Shown here: positions 11,546 to 26,150 of the stretch, piece by piece
Layout of the letters: each line of letters opens with the position of its first letter
How positions within the stretch are numbered: position 1 is the stretch's first letter
Origin: Phoronis australis
Lineage: Eukaryota; Animalia; Phoronida
Direction of reading: 5' to 3'
NCBI GenBank assembly: GCA_002633005.1
Contig: NMRA01000364.1
Location: 305,075-369,074, forward strand
Length of the DNA: 64,000 nucleotides
Notes under the pieces: model-generated
Told to the model about the DNA's origin: nothing
Databases searched by the model: none
What the model saw: only the letters and a program-made list of their open reading frames with translations
Made by a program: the position numbers and the translations under genes

Positions 11546-13695
11546 TTACGAGGCTTAATTCCATATTCGTTTTAGCCAGCCAACCAGCGTGAAATGCAGT
11601 CTTGTGATTCTTACGATATCGATGAGACCTCACAAAAGCAGTAATGAAATTGTGAATTTGCGAGCAGACGCTGTGTTTTAACTTCATATTATTTGAAATG
11701 CTGCGTGGTCGCTCGATTTCATTATTGTCATTTATGTAACATGCAACTAGTTAGCTCACTCGCCATTCGTGACGTCATGGAGTGTGAGCCCTGGGAACCA
11801 AGCAAACGGCGCCACCACTGCAAATTTTCTTCTGAAAAGAAATTTCGAAAAGTGCTCCTATCTCTCGGGATTACTGTTTCTCCGAGCGTTTCTATCAATT
11901 AATCAGAGAGCACGCTCCGCGGATTTGGTCACCAGAAAAAATTACAAAGCAAAATCCTCAGAGGAAGGAATCTGCTCCTACGTTAAGTGATTTGCTCAAG
12001 TTTCTCCGAGTAAAAGAGACGTGCACTTAATGACCCTAGAAGTTAATGACAGACGATGAGCCAGTATCGTTTTACCGCTTGTTGTTACCGGAGAGTTAAT
12101 TTGCAGACGAACGTCGCCACACTAAGCCGTTTCAAAGAAGTGCTTCGATAATTTACGCCTTTGATTTTGTTTCATGTGTTTTTGTCGTATGACGAGAAAA
12201 GCTTCGGTTAATGTAAAATTATAGTTTTGATTATCTGGAGTGAAAACTAATTGCTCGGCGCTCATTCCATCTGGGTGCAATTTCATCATTTTATTTATAC
12301 ACGTACGTTTAAATGAGAAAATAACTCCCGTTTTAAACTAATCTATTGTTTTTTACTATTTGTTAATGTGCCAAATTGTTAAGCAGCGTGTATTTTAAAT
12401 AACCAGATGGATGCGACTGCTGGCGGTTAAATTTGAAACTAAATTACACTCCCAATACTGTCGAAGACATTTTTTCACTTCGTTGTGAACAGAAACGATA
12501 CAATAACAAATAATTAAGTAAAATTTTCATGGAGTTCAGTCTGAAACTGTTTTATATCTTCCAAAATTAGCCTGCAAGAACATCAATTGAGGTAATATTT
12601 CCTTACGAGTTACGACAAATTCTATTCAAGTGGTCTATTAATTTTCATTTTATCAAATGAAAGATGCTTTTTAAAGACAAACTATTCAATCACGTGGTGC
12701 ATTTGTGGTAAGAGCCGCATTGAATGCTGTGACTTCCTGATAAATATTGAAAACCGAGCACCGTCACCCCAGTTTAACTCGCACATCGCGGTCAAAAGTT
12801 TGTTGATGGCGTACTCAATGTTGGAATATGATATTTTACTTTATTTACTAGCCATTTGCTTTTGGTCATATGAAATACGTCGACATCGTGTCACATAATA
12901 TAGTACTGGGTGATGTTTTTAAAATCTCCACACGCATTCACGCTGGGGAATAAAACAGATAAAACATTAAAAACACCAAGGCGGCCATCTGTTAAAAGCT
13001 CTCAATTTTTGTAAACAAGGCATATCCATGTTTTTTTTTAATAACATTATCACGTACTGGCTTTTTACCAACTAATATAAACACTTTAATTATTCTGTTT
13101 GATATATCGAATTATAACAAGTTACTCTTATAACTAATAAATAATGACTTTTGATGACTGGACTGAAGTGGCCGATGATTACCAATAGTGAACAGATGCC
13201 GGTTAGAAAATGCGAGCAGAAGAAATACCTTAAATTTACTTTCTCGTGCACATTTTGTATAAAATTTACGTTTTACGCTTTTAATTCGACATGAACAATG
13301 GTATTTTATAAAGCCCAGGTTTCCAGTACACCCAGACTTCTGATATCTTAAGATCCCTAGGGACCTTAATTCGGCACTGTCCAGCTAATAGTCTGACGGG
13401 GATTCAAGATAAAAGTATAATCTACAAACGAATCGCGTGAGATAAGAGTACACCTACATGTAAGTATATAGCTTGTGTTTGCCTCAGGTACAACGATTAT
13501 TTTCGAGAAAGGAACTTAACACTTTTCGCTTATCTGGTGTTGAAATTGCCAACAAAATTCGTAGAATTTTTAATTATTTTTGTCTGTTTATGGTCTAATC
13601 AATCAATCAATCAATCCAATCCATCCCTTACCACAGTCCGACACGCAAACTACTTTGGGTCAAGCCGGGTCGGAAAATGGGAGTCGTTGAATTCT

Positions 13696-14107
13696 TATCG
13701 TGGATTTTCCGTAGATAAGACCACCCGATGAAACACCCATGGGCGTTTATTCGAAAAATTATACCGAATTATTAATTGCCCATGGGCGTTTATTTGGTGT
13801 TGCAACTTCTGGTATCAAGTGTCCAGATATTGGGAAAATTTACTCTTAAAAACCTACTCAGCGCGAACTTTAAGTCACAAATTCAGTTTTTGGAGTATTT
13901 ATCATTTTTAAAAAAGAACAAAGTGTTGGCGAACTATGCATTTATCAACATAAAATTTAAAAACACTGCTAGCACTTGCGTAGCCAAAACTATGACTTTC
14001 CGTTTACCGAACAAACGCCTAGGCGTTTATTTGGTGTTGCTAAAACGTCTGGAAATTTTCGTTTTCCGATTAAACGCCCAAGGGCTTATCTACGGAAAAC
14101 TACGGTA
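13696..14107. mobile_element. TA-flanked MITE with TACCGTA-type TIRs (Tc1/mariner-pogo-like)
   Basis: Left TTTTCCGTAGATAAG versus right CTTATCTACGGAAAACTACGGTA; internal GGGCGTTTA repeats. Confidence 0.7.
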
Positions 14108-17100
14108 TTTATTATCGATAAAACACCAACTTCTAGCTTCAGCAGCGCTTATGTGTGAATTGAACATTTTTTTCATCTCTGAGAATGATGTATTTGAACA
14201 ATTGATACTTTCAACAACACAGAACGCTCGAATCCATTTGACTGCGTGGTTATGGAAACAAGTTGAAAATTGAATGCATTATTTGTCATGGTAACAAAAC
14301 CAACATAACAAAGGCGAGACGTAACGTTATTGTACTGTTCTAGTTAATAACAAGGTTGCCAAAATTAAGGGGTTATACCAATTTCAGGGTCTACATTTGT
14401 TTTATAACTCTGGTAAAATTTTAAAAGCTAATAATTTCATAAAGTCAGTCCCCTCCAACAAAAATCCCAAACGACCTTTTTTGGCCGTAAAACCGATAAC
14501 GTCCCTTTGAGAAAACACACTAGGTTGATTCGGTCATCTTTAAATCATCTTTGAGGATCTAGATTGCAGCGCATTCCATGCATACCGTCCATTAGCTTTT
14601 TTCTTAAAGATACCATTTCCGCTTCATTTTAGTTAAAAACTTCATAAAACGGCTTTTAACGCAAGTTTGTTCACACGAAACGTAAGCCCGAATAACGCGA
14701 ATTCAACACAACTTCAAATATTTTCAAGCTTTAATACGGGTTTTTGAATTAATTTTTATTTTGGTGGTGCACAACTACATAAAATTGCCACCGTAGTGAG
14801 TGACAGTTGACTCATGCATTCATGGGTACTCACTCAAGTGCAGCCGTAAGCAATGAGGTTTCCCCGCGAACCCCGCCCATTTTTTAAAAAAAGAAAAACT
14901 AAAAATTTTAATAGTGAAATATGGAAAACTGAAACCGGACTGAAATTTACGATCTGTTTAAATTTGAATGATATCTTCCGACAGGTGAAACTCGGTCATC
15001 CTATGTTTTAACTTGATGAATGTAAAAGAATGCGTATCTTTAATTTTTATTATTGGTCAAATGGCTGATACCCAGATGGTTTCTTTCGATAATCCGAACG
15101 CGGGACAAATCTTCAAAAAAGTAGACGGTCCCGCCAAAACGGGATCATTAGGTTGGGGGGAATGGATAAGGTTCAAGGATCCCGAGAAATGACAGAGTAA
15201 GGCCTAGCTAAAGGAGGCAGAAACTGAAGTATTGTTGACATTGACAACAATCGATGATATTCCTTGCTTAAATATCAGTAACTCATTGCTTTTATCTGTG
15301 ACCTTTCTTACCAACCCAATATAAACCCTTCGCAGAGTATTCCACCCTTTGATCACCAACTTGGAACTTATCATTATATGATAATGCAAAGACGCGCGCT
15401 TATGGGTTCTTCGTAACCGAATAAAAGAACATGACTCGTTTCGGTGTCTAGTATACAAAAAATTGCTTTAATTTGCATTTCAGCCGTATTATTTGACTAG
15501 CTCGGGTTCACCAACTTTAAAATCTTATAGAAGCAATGTGTTGGCATCGGTAAAATCGGCTTACAGCTCGATCATGTCATAACGAAATGCATCTAAATAA
15601 ATTACCTGAAATATTGTACTTTCACGTAGAGCATAAAGTGCACTAATGATAAGTTTAAAGCCTATAGCGCATTTGTCTGAATAATCAAATAATTCACTCT
15701 CTTGGTAATATAATGTCATAAGGGTCGCCGGGCGACCAAATTTCTTAATTATAATGTCATCGGTACAATCAGAATTGATAAAATCTCATTTAAACATTTT
15801 TATTCGGAAATATGGTGCTGAGTGGATGCTTATGGATGAGCAAAGGCAAAGAGTTTGAAAATTTCATCATGATTTTGAAAACTAAACTGTTATATCAAGA
15901 GCAGTCGAAGCTTAATGTCACTTGTCGATCATTCATCATAAATCTATAGAGGTCCACGACGTGTATAGTCAATTCACATTTTGAAACTTTGCTCGAGATT
16001 TGTGTCTTATTTCAGTCACTCCGTGGAATGAAATTTCGTATATGCATTCAAACAAACATTCGTCGATTCATCAAAGAAATTTCTGGAGAAACCGAAAGAC
16101 CGAGCCGCCCTCTGTGGACGACCGGTTTGTGAATGTTTTGTGGTATTTAGCAAATACTTCGATGAAGATTGTGGCAATAGAGACATTTAATTCATTTACT
16201 AGCTAATAAGTTTTCAAATTAATAAAACTTTTCGTTTGGGTTTACAATTTCAAAAGACTCAGTTGCGCGTAGCTAAATCCAATGTTCATTAAATATGCCT
16301 AGGGATAATTTATAAACTGAAACAATCGGAAGAATAGAATCCCTTTCCGTTAATAACCACTGGGATAAGTGATGCAGACATCGACCTAAGTAAAATATGC
16401 ATGCGTTTTAGGTTTTATTGAAGCCGTGAAACATGTTTTGTGGATAGCGCTAGCTTGAAAACAGGAAGTACAGTAATGCTTTATTTTGGCGGAAGCGGCG
16501 CTTCCATTCGACCTGAGCACAAAATTGATGAGAATGTACTGTTTTGTGACGGTTTATCAGGATACAGTTCTCACGGTGGAAATTGACCTTGCTGAATGCG
16601 CGTTATACTGTAAAGCGAGGGCGGGATTGGTTTACTGTCGTTAAATGAAATAAGTCCTTTGCATGGCCGGAGATACTTTTTAATCATTATTTAAATCAGT
16701 CACCTATGTTGTGTTTTTATGTTGTTTGTTTTGTGTCCTTATGAAATTCATTTGGCGTCTCGACTTCTGAGGCAGCAAAACGTAATTAAAAGCTCATTTA
16801 ATGGCGTGGCGGCATTTCTTTGACAACGCCTCAGTATACTGGTTCAGGCTGATCACAGAAAAATAACGTTTGATTGATAATCAATTTATTTCAGGTGATA
16901 AGGCCACTGGTCCATACTACAAAGCATAACATATATAAGACAATTAAGTACAGATGCGCACACTGTTTACATTTTGACAGTAGATTCGCGTCTTCAAATT
17001 TTATCAAAAATACACAGGTTTTGTAACTCTTTTGTATTTATAAAAGTACCGTCGACTTTATTCCTGATAGGAGGTGAGTATTTTTGGCGAAGATTGTTAT

Positions 17101-18060
17101 ATGACCTGCACTAATGAAAAATAACTTCATTTTCAACCACATTTAAATCACAACAAACTGCCCGTTCTTCTGAATGCTATTGACAATAAACTGAATTGAG
17201 CATAACTGAATCTGGTCAAGCTCGATAACTGAGCAAAGTTTTTAACAGGTACATAATATTCAATTACTATATCATTTTGAAACAGTCTGTTTATACATCG
17301 ACACTGGTTTGCTACAACAGTTCTTCGTTCCAGTTTTGATATTCTTTATCGTAACACCTATTTCTAAATTTGTTTTCAAAAATCTCGTCAGTTACTCCAT
17401 GATAAAATTAAAACCAAATCATCAGACGATGTTTCTTTGGAAGATTGGCACAGTTTTGTTATGACTTGCGTTAAGTTCACATCACATACGCGATCGCGCG
17501 TATCACAAATTTCTTCAATTTTTTTCCCGATGTCCAACGTTTTAGGAATCAGCAAAACAAACCGTTATCTTCGTCGGTCGCCACATTTTACTTGAAGGTC
17601 GCCCATTGAGCGTAGGATTTTCTCTCCAATTTTTTGGCCAAAAGTGTGAGAGTGGAATTTAGAAAACGGGTGCATCATACTTTAGTACAAGATACTTAAG
17701 TTGCCGTTTTGGTGATTTCAAGCAATCCTCGTTCTGTCTTCCACAAATATACCATCGGCGCCTGACTTGAATGACAAAAACACAATTCAGCTAAAACACA
17801 ATCATACTGCCTGTGTTACAGTTTGGAAGTGGTTCTGGGTGAGTGATCTTTCGCTACAGCTGTGTAACCTGGTAACTCGCCTAAAGCGGAGGTCACGCTT
17901 TCCCCGTTTGGCTAACTTAGTAGGAAGTTTTCAAAATCTGTTCCAAACGTCTTAGTGTCGACCAATGATACAGAGCATCATTTGTTTTAGAGTATCGACC
18001 GGATGAAAGTCGCTATTAATATCTGTTAACCCAAATAGGAATTAGTATTCAGTAATTCTG

Positions 18061-18304
18061 CATGGGCACACCCAACCTTTAATATGGGGGCTCTAAGTGG
18101 ACCTTTTTATGACAAAAAGTGGGAGGACTAAAAAAGCGGGGTACCACCTTCAGGACTGTGAAATGTGCGTCTGCGCCTTTTTAGTGGACTTTTGTCTCGT
18201 TTTCTCGGACTTTTTTTGTTTCCCTGAGGCGGACGTTTTTGTTCACTTCGCCAAATGGTAGGGGGGGAGGGGGGCTCCCCGAGCCTCCCCTGGGTGCGCG
18301 CATG
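18061..18304. mobile_element. GC-rich MITE with CATG termini and 5-bp TSD (TTCTG); same family as 61060-61314
   Basis: CATGGGCACACCCA ... TGGGTGCGCGCATG; TTCTG at 18056-18060 and 18305-18309. Confidence 0.72.
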
Positions 18305-21300
18305 TTCTGGGTAACTTCTGCAAGTGTTAATAAAAATCCGAAATACTCTCGCGTGCGGTTGACACGAATTGTAACAAGGTGTTGCTTATCGTCTGTTCAG
18401 CCTGAAAATGATTCGCAGCCTTTAGCAAAAATTCAAACCTCAGTATCTTCTAAGCACAAAAGCTCTTAAACATCGCATAATCATCTACCCTTTGAGAACA
18501 AGTTGTACAGAGATATCACAATCATTTCAAATTAACTAATGTTTCACCGATCAAACGAGATGAAAGTCGCCTGTTGACAATCAATAAACGCTCGAGTTAA
18601 CTCATCAAAGAACCACGTTATTAATATAAAATATTCATCCTCACTGTTTGATACAAAACCTGTTTAACTTTGATCATTGGCAATGTCTAAAAGATCACAA
18701 ATATAAAGCCATTAATTACTCAATCTTCAAACGAAAATGTTAAATAATGCAAACTGTCTTCGTCGAAAACACAGTGTACTTTCCTTTTTCAAATGCCATC
18801 GACGTATTTAGTAATGGCGGGAAACGTCGATTTACAAATCCGCATGCTGACGATTTCTGTTGTAATTGTCACAACTTGAAGGCAGTGGATAATACGTACA
18901 AAACTTTTCAATTTTCGACTTAGATTTAATTATTCATGCGTAGCTGGGCCGTAGAAAGTGGGGCGCCCGCAATGATTTGAAAGAGTTACGGCCTTGGCAG
19001 TGAATCTGCATGGGTTTTTTACGCCGAGGGAGAGGGAAATTTGTCACCCAAATCCGTGCAGAAATAATTGAAAGACGCACCGAAACTTTTAAGAGAGGAC
19101 ACTAGTCACTTACGGGGATCTCTAACGATAAAAAACAGTGTGGTGGTGGTGGTGGTGTCAGTGGAGGAGACTGGTTCTCAAAATCTGGGATCCTTTAAGA
19201 GAACACATTAAATGTTAATTACCAATGCCGGATTTACCCTATGGGAGCCCGACCCAGCCAGTTTGTAAGAGGGGAGGTTAAGCATGTATCGTCTACACGC
19301 AATTGAAAACGTGAACATTGCTGTATTTTAAGTATGCGCAGTCCGGAAGACCCTTTTCAAATCAGGTCTCTTTTAGAGGGGGTTCCGTGCAGTTTAAGGC
19401 CCCTCTGCCACTCAGGCGGCGAAGTAGATGAAATTCTAAACTGGCCAAGAAAATCACAAGAGAGATGCCACCTAAATAACAAAAAAATGCGACTCCTGTA
19501 TGTTCAAAAATAAACAAAAACAATAACATTGAATCAAAGGCTGGTATTTTGAAGTATTCGAAGAAGTATCAACACTTTCACTCAAAGAACTCCTAGAATA
19601 AAATTTGTTTGTAAGACAATTATTTAGGGCTGTTTGTGTGACTCTCATTGAGTAGACCTGACTGTCGGCAGCTTTAAGTCTTTTAATGGCGGTGTACGTG
19701 CCAATTTGAGACATTATCTTTTAGTTTTACGGAATCATGACGCAAAGAGCTCATTGTATTGACAATCGTAAACAAAGAACTGTGTTTTTTTTAAAGAACA
19801 GCTTCAATTTTAAATCGTAACAGCTTGCAATCGGATTAAACCAGAATATTAGTTTGAAAATTTCTTGCTGGAGTGGTCCGAAATCCAATAAGATAAGACC
19901 AAAACGGTAAATTACACAAATCAAATGTTTTGACAGGAAGGGTAGGTTTATTAGAAAAGAAAACCCGAAAGGCGCTCTGTGTGCCTTGCACGAAACGGCT
20001 CAACATGTCAAAGTCGTTGTTAGCTTGTTGTAACCTGCAAGGCTTCAATGGTTTTCATGTTGACGTAGGTGTTTACGGAAATCGACGGAATCTTGTTATT
20101 TGTGGGTCATTTTTGACATTTATAAGTAAATGATGAATTTTGAAAACGATGCTTCGGTTAATTATGATTCTCTGATTTGAAATTCTGGAAATTATTTTAT
20201 TTTATTTTTGCGGCGATCGTCCGGTTTTTAAATATCGTTAAATCCCCACATAACGGTTACGAATTCCGCGAGATGATTTCTGCCACTCTGAAGTAACCCT
20301 GTTTAGAATACGTAATCGAGTGATATCGCTGAAATAGGAAGCTTGTAACAGTCTTACATGTGTCTGTGTTTTTACAGGCAATTCATAAAAAGTGAAGTTC
20401 AGCACCACTCAACTTTGGCGGCCACAATGTAGTGCACCATCAGAAACTCAAAATTATTTTCGAAATTCCAAATTTAAATTTTGTTATTTTGAAAACATTT
20501 GATTACGTGTTAAAAGAGTATTCATTAGGAATTATACAAATTATCTACAAATTATAGATTTTCACACAATGAGAGTGTTATATTTTCTGAAAGTGTAAGG
20601 TATATATTTTTTTGACTTTTACAAATGTCCCATTAATTGGTCCTCTTGACCATGTCTTTAAAGTAAAATTTATCAAAAAAGAAAGGTACATTGATATGAA
20701 AACAATGGTATCAATAACATGACCAAATTTCAATGAACATAAAAGTTCACGATGAAATCTCAAAAACGTCGTGACAATTTTCTAAATTATCATTTCGTTT
20801 TCGTTTCATACAACTTTTTAAATAAAATTTCAAAAGTCCAATTACTTCTCGTGCTAAATTAAAACACAATTCCTAATAGTGTTCCGGAAAACATTGCATA
20901 AATTATCTGAGAGTTTCATGTGAAACTCATCAGCCATTTGATATTTTGAAGTGAGCCAGATTTAACTCTTTGTCCAAGGTCCTACATAATCGTACACGGC
21001 GTCTTTAAAAAGATCGAGGGAAGGCTAAAGGCTGTGACAGTAGGATTTGAAAATCGGGAACGAGGCAGGAGATGAAAACGTTGGCGACATGGGGTACAAC
21101 AAAGTACTTTCCGAGTCCAATTTTGTCTGCGTCATACGGACCTTTTCGGGTAGCACACCCAATGAGCGGAGGTAGCGCCCTACTAATAATAGTATCAGTG
21201 ATTGGTATTTAGATTAGAATGTTGACACTGGTTAGGGATTCATATCTTTCAGAACGAAACGACGCGATTCGATATCGATATTTCAAGAAACGATACGATA

Positions 21301-22249
21301 TACTGAAGATATTTTTCGCTATTTTATATTCAAATAAATGTACGACAAAGACAGTTCAGCACTGCTTTTATATATATCTTAAGTTTCATAAAGTATGCAT
21401 TTTAACCATGAAAATGAACTGCTGGCTGGTCATCTCTTTCTGGAAAAAGACTGGCCTGTCTTCTGTGATACCGACAGTTTAAGAAAACGGTATTTCACTG
21501 GTATTTCACCAAACCGATTTTGATTCAGTATCAATATCGAGAAACAGTAGTCAGTCCTAATAATGTTAATGAATACCTAGTATTTTCGTCACACCCTATC
21601 TTCTATTTATCCTTGGAAACAGAGTATGGAATAACTTATGTTTTTCCAGTCAAAGCATAAATTTCTTCTGTGTGGAAGATGGTATAAAAAACTGACGAGG
21701 ACGTGAGCAAGTTTTAGAATGGCGGAAATAATTAGATAGCAATAACGCTGATCCGTAAATGGCGACAGAGATTTGAATGGCACATCAAAGCAATTCATCT
21801 TCTGCCAGTTGACCCGACTCTAGTTTGGGTACTAACAACAGTAGCCACATCAAAAGTAAGCACACTAACGGTTTTTCAACAATGATATTAATGACTTCCC
21901 CGTAACTCGCGGGGTTATATTCGTACATAGCTCATATCAATGTTTTGATTGACGTCTTGGGTTTCCATCTTGGCGTTTCCACCTGTTAGCCGACGTCGGG
22001 CAATCCCAATAACACCTGAGCCCGCACGTTTATGCGTACTCATTACATACAATGAAGCTCTTTATTACAACCATCGGTGGTAAATACAATTTAACACATG
22101 CCGGCGATTTTAAACGAGTTCTGTTCTGAACAGAGTGTATACTTGTTGTAATCATCATTTAGTACGTCATCACTCGTCACCTGACGCTATGCATGAGTAT
22201 TGTGTCACTGTTAATATTGTTTTTCTGACCGGCACTACAAAGTTTGATG

Positions 22250-22366
22250 TAATCATAATAATTACAATAACAACGATATTGATAACGAAAATGATAATGA
22301 TAGAACTTATAGTAATATTATTAAAAATACTAATAATAATAGTAATACTACTACTGCTGCTATTAG

Positions 22367-22404
<38 letters not shown>

Positions 22405-22700
22405 ATGATAATAATAATGGTAATGATAATGATAATAACAATATCAGTAACAATAGCAATAACATTATCAATAACCATAACAGTAACAACAACAATAACA
22501 AACACAACAACAATAATAACGATAATGATAATAATAATGATGATAGTAATAGCAAAAATAATAACAATACCAATAATATTAATATCGATATTAATAATAA
22601 CAGTGATGGTGGTAATAATACTACTACTAATAATAATAGCGATGATGATGATGGTGGTGGTGATGATGATGATGGTGATGATGATGATGATGGTGATGAA
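22250..22700. repeat. Long compound trinucleotide microsatellite (AAT/AAC/ACT/GAT/GGT)
   Basis: Continuous in-register triplet repeats; explains the low-complexity ORFs there. Confidence 0.95.
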
Positions 22701-24164
22701 TGGACATTGTCGGTAATATTGGATTTTTGTAAACAATTACATATTGGAAGTATGGGTGACTGCTCAGCACTTCCTAGTTGACTTTTAAGATGTCTCTTCC
22801 CAGCGGGCAGCAATTTCATGGGAAGTCGATTAGAATCAAAAGTGCGCGAATCAGTTGTTTTCCATCAATATTCAAGTCGGGTGTCCAACTATTACAGTCC
22901 TCTCGCGTCTGTAATAAATGGCGATTTCCGACTTCTCAGATGGAGCATTTTTGTGAGGCTTTTGTTTGATATTTTCTTTGAAATGAGATCTGAGAAGAGA
23001 AGTCACTAAGTACATTGATCACGTAGTTTATCAAGTGCGCGATGTTTGATCAATAAAGCTTTGTAACAGTATACAGTCTATCAATCACTGTCATATACAT
23101 CGTCCAATTCAATGCCAAAACATCGTGTCGGGCTCAACTCTAAATTATCTGTAATGCCTCGGTTCAGCCAATTGCCACCACATGAGGGCGCTGCGTTGGG
23201 ACTCCTTCGGAAACTCCTATCTCATCCGAAGCGATTTTGCGTGCACAAAAAGACTCTAGTCTCTTTCAGTAAAAAATGATGGGGCTCATTTTGAAAATTG
23301 TATCGCTTACCGCAGTGCCCACATTGAGCTGTGGGCTTTAAAGGTATTAATGTAAGAACGAGGATAGAACTCTAGACAGGCCCTTAGAATTCTACGGAAG
23401 AAGTGAGTGACTGCATTTGAGATTTAAAATTCATGGTGGCATCGTAGGTGGTGATTTTTTTCTACATAGATTTTAACTCGAAACACTAGTCAGGCTTCAC
23501 TTCAGCGGCAGTTTGATTTGTTTTGAGTATTCCGACGACTCTTTCATTGACAGACCTATCTTGTCTTGAAATATTTTGAGTGACAAAAATTGAGACAAGC
23601 CGATCACATTTTGCCACATTTCCAGATGCACCTTTGCCCGCGCAGGGAATGTAAAACGATTCCGAAAGGGCTCTCACGTTTTTTCGGTCCTTATTTTCGA
23701 AAAAGCACCCGTCGAGTCTTTATGCTGGTGATGGCTCTTTAGGGAATCCCTGATAATTCAACTAAAGTACATGACGTAATCAACCCTTTTTGACCGTTGC
23801 AGTTTCGAGGAGACACTGAAAGACAAGATGGGCTTATCTTCCACTTGTCGCCTTCAAAGATCAAACCAACGCAGTGCCAGGGCAACCTGGATTTGAGATG
23901 ATAAAACACCTTGCCGAGACAACACCAACAATAAGTACCCCCCCCCCCATTTTTGCCCTCGCTCCCGCGGTCGCAACATTACCATACAAGACGATTTCTA
24001 TACGTATTCCAAATATTTTTTATTGTGTTAAGGTAATACTTAAAACTGCATTTCGCCCGGCCTGTTTACTCTTGAGATGGCTAAAAATTAACATCGAATT
24101 CGATCTTTTACACTCATAAATCGGTTTCGTGATATTCCTTAACACGACAGTACTATATTTCCCG

Positions 24165-24345
24165 TTGTTACCCACGCACGCCACACGTAATGCATACACG
24201 CGCAGTTTTCGCATTTGCAATTTTAGCGTTGGCCAACCCCCATTAATCTCTGAAGCGTTTTCTCGAGTCTCTGGTGGTTCCAATGATTTTGTTGGTAACT
24301 TACGGAAACAAATTCCTATCACGGCATTCGATACCAGACCGATTT
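24165..24345 (+). repeat. Dispersed repeat, copy B (related to 11365-11545)
   Basis: Shared motif blocks with copy A. Confidence 0.55.
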
Positions 24346-25719
24346 CAGGGATTAAATTGGCTATTTAATTCGAAAAGCTAAACAGGGCAAAATGTAATGT
24401 GGTATTTTTAAATGAGGTGAGAGGACTCTTTAGCGATTGCTTTCCTATCTGAGACAATACAGCAAAGCCTAAATGCTCACCCAAGAAGACACATGAGAAC
24501 GAAAAACTGCCGGCACACGAGTTGAGGCCACGTCCCCAGGAACCCACAAGACGAATATGCATTTGTGTGAAAACCACAATCCCGATACTTTCCAGTTTGC
24601 TCCATCTTCTTCTCTCACTAACCGTTCTCCCAGTTATCCATTTCTCCGATATGTTTTGCATTGCATCTCAAAAATGCCTAAGAAATGTCCACCAAACAAT
24701 TGTTTATATTCGGAACTGAAATAAAATTGCAGACCCCACGATGTTTGGAAAGGTTGAATACGCTACTGAATACGTTTCTGTAAGCCATTTTATGAATACT
24801 AAATTAATTGCGAACATCTCCTCTGGCAAAGTTGTCACGGTTTTATTTAATGTACTTAGCTAATATCAGTTTCTATCAGTTCTCGATTCCAAGCGCTCAT
24901 AATTGTACCAGCATTCAAAAACTACATGTCTATAGTCAAGCCCTTAACAATTTTGTCCAATCACGAATTGCTTCGGCAACCACAATTATTACGAAGCTGG
25001 AAAAACTTCCAAGCTAAATTTCGCGAACATTATTAAGCCCTCAGGAAAAATTGACAGGAACGGGGTTAAAGCATATTAATTCGTTAATAAATATTAACGG
25101 CACTATTAGAAAGTAATAACACAGGTGCATTTTGACAACTCAACACAATATTTGAAATATGCTATTTTTCTCTTATAAATTATTAATTTCTAAGTATCAA
25201 TAACGCCAGATGCCTTCTATTCCACAGCTGCCAGAGACCAAGAAAAAAAATAGTATATTTTACAGGGCTCCACTCACTGGCTTCATTTTCACAGTCTTTT
25301 CATTCTTTACTATAAATTTTCCGACGAAAAGTTGCACATCAATATGACTTTTTTAACAAAGTGCATGAATAGGAATCGCTCAATCGCTTTAACAATTAAT
25401 TTCCACAAGTAGGCGCTTTCTCATTTTCTACTCATCCATTTTTAGCATTTCACATGTTTTCCTATAGCGGAGGCCTTGGTGTTGCCGTCAATGTACCTTC
25501 TCTTCTTTTTTAAAATTTTAGTGGCAGGACCTGGTCACGTGCCCCAATTAATGGCACGTGGGTAAAAAGTCAAAAATCCAATTCTACAGGCTTTCTACAA
25601 TTCAGAAAATATTTCATTTTTACCGAGTTAATATTTACATTGTTGCAGAACTTCGGCTAAACATGCAAACTTGTCGATTCAAGTATGACATAACCTTAAC
25701 GGTTACTAATTACGCAGGA

Positions 25720-26150
25720 TAAAATAATGAGCGGATTGCTGAGTTGTGTCTTTACATACAGGTATAATCAGCCCAGTCCCGGACCAGCGGGTAGTAAACC
25801 CGCGTCCCTTGACTCCACACACGCGCCGAAAATGCTTCCGTATACGTTGACCAAACTCAGTCCTGGGGTCCATGTTCCTCTCCCGACCGAGAGCACGGGA
25901 TTGTAGTTTGGCCACCTTGTATGGAGCATTTTCGTCGAATGCGCCGAATTTAGGGGTGCGGATTTGTACCAAGGGTTTTAGCTTTGTTTGTCCAGGCGTT
26001 CGTTCCGCTGACGCGAGAACCTCGCAAGAAGGTAAGACCAGTCACGTAAAAGTTATCGAGATCGCTTTTTATGTAGACAAGCACGCGATCACACTAGCTT
26101 CTATCGCGAGATTCTGGCGCCTACGAAACTACATCCCAAGATAGTGCTTT
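25720..26150. promoter_or_regulatory. CpG-rich promoter-like island with ACTACA(N)TCCC motifs
   Basis: Locally high CpG; GGGATTGTAGTTT (~25897-25909) and AAACTACATCCC (~26126-26137); TATCGCGAGA; AAG|GTAAGA donor at ~26031. Confidence 0.45.

Noticed and set aside
13776-14273. 165-aa ORF
   Set aside because: Lies largely within a MITE, starts at TTG, and has no recognisable domain
21230-21560. hAT-like TAGGG...CCTA element with CGATA repeats
   Set aside because: Termini too degenerate and no TSD found
22135-22819. Three long hydrophobic ORFs
   Set aside because: Artefacts of stop-free trinucleotide repeats
25685-26040. Telomerase RNA, RNase P/MRP or 7SK gene
   Set aside because: TAACCTTAAC is not the CTAACCCTAA template; no convincing CR-I/CR-V or 7SK 5' motifs by eye; needs an Infernal search
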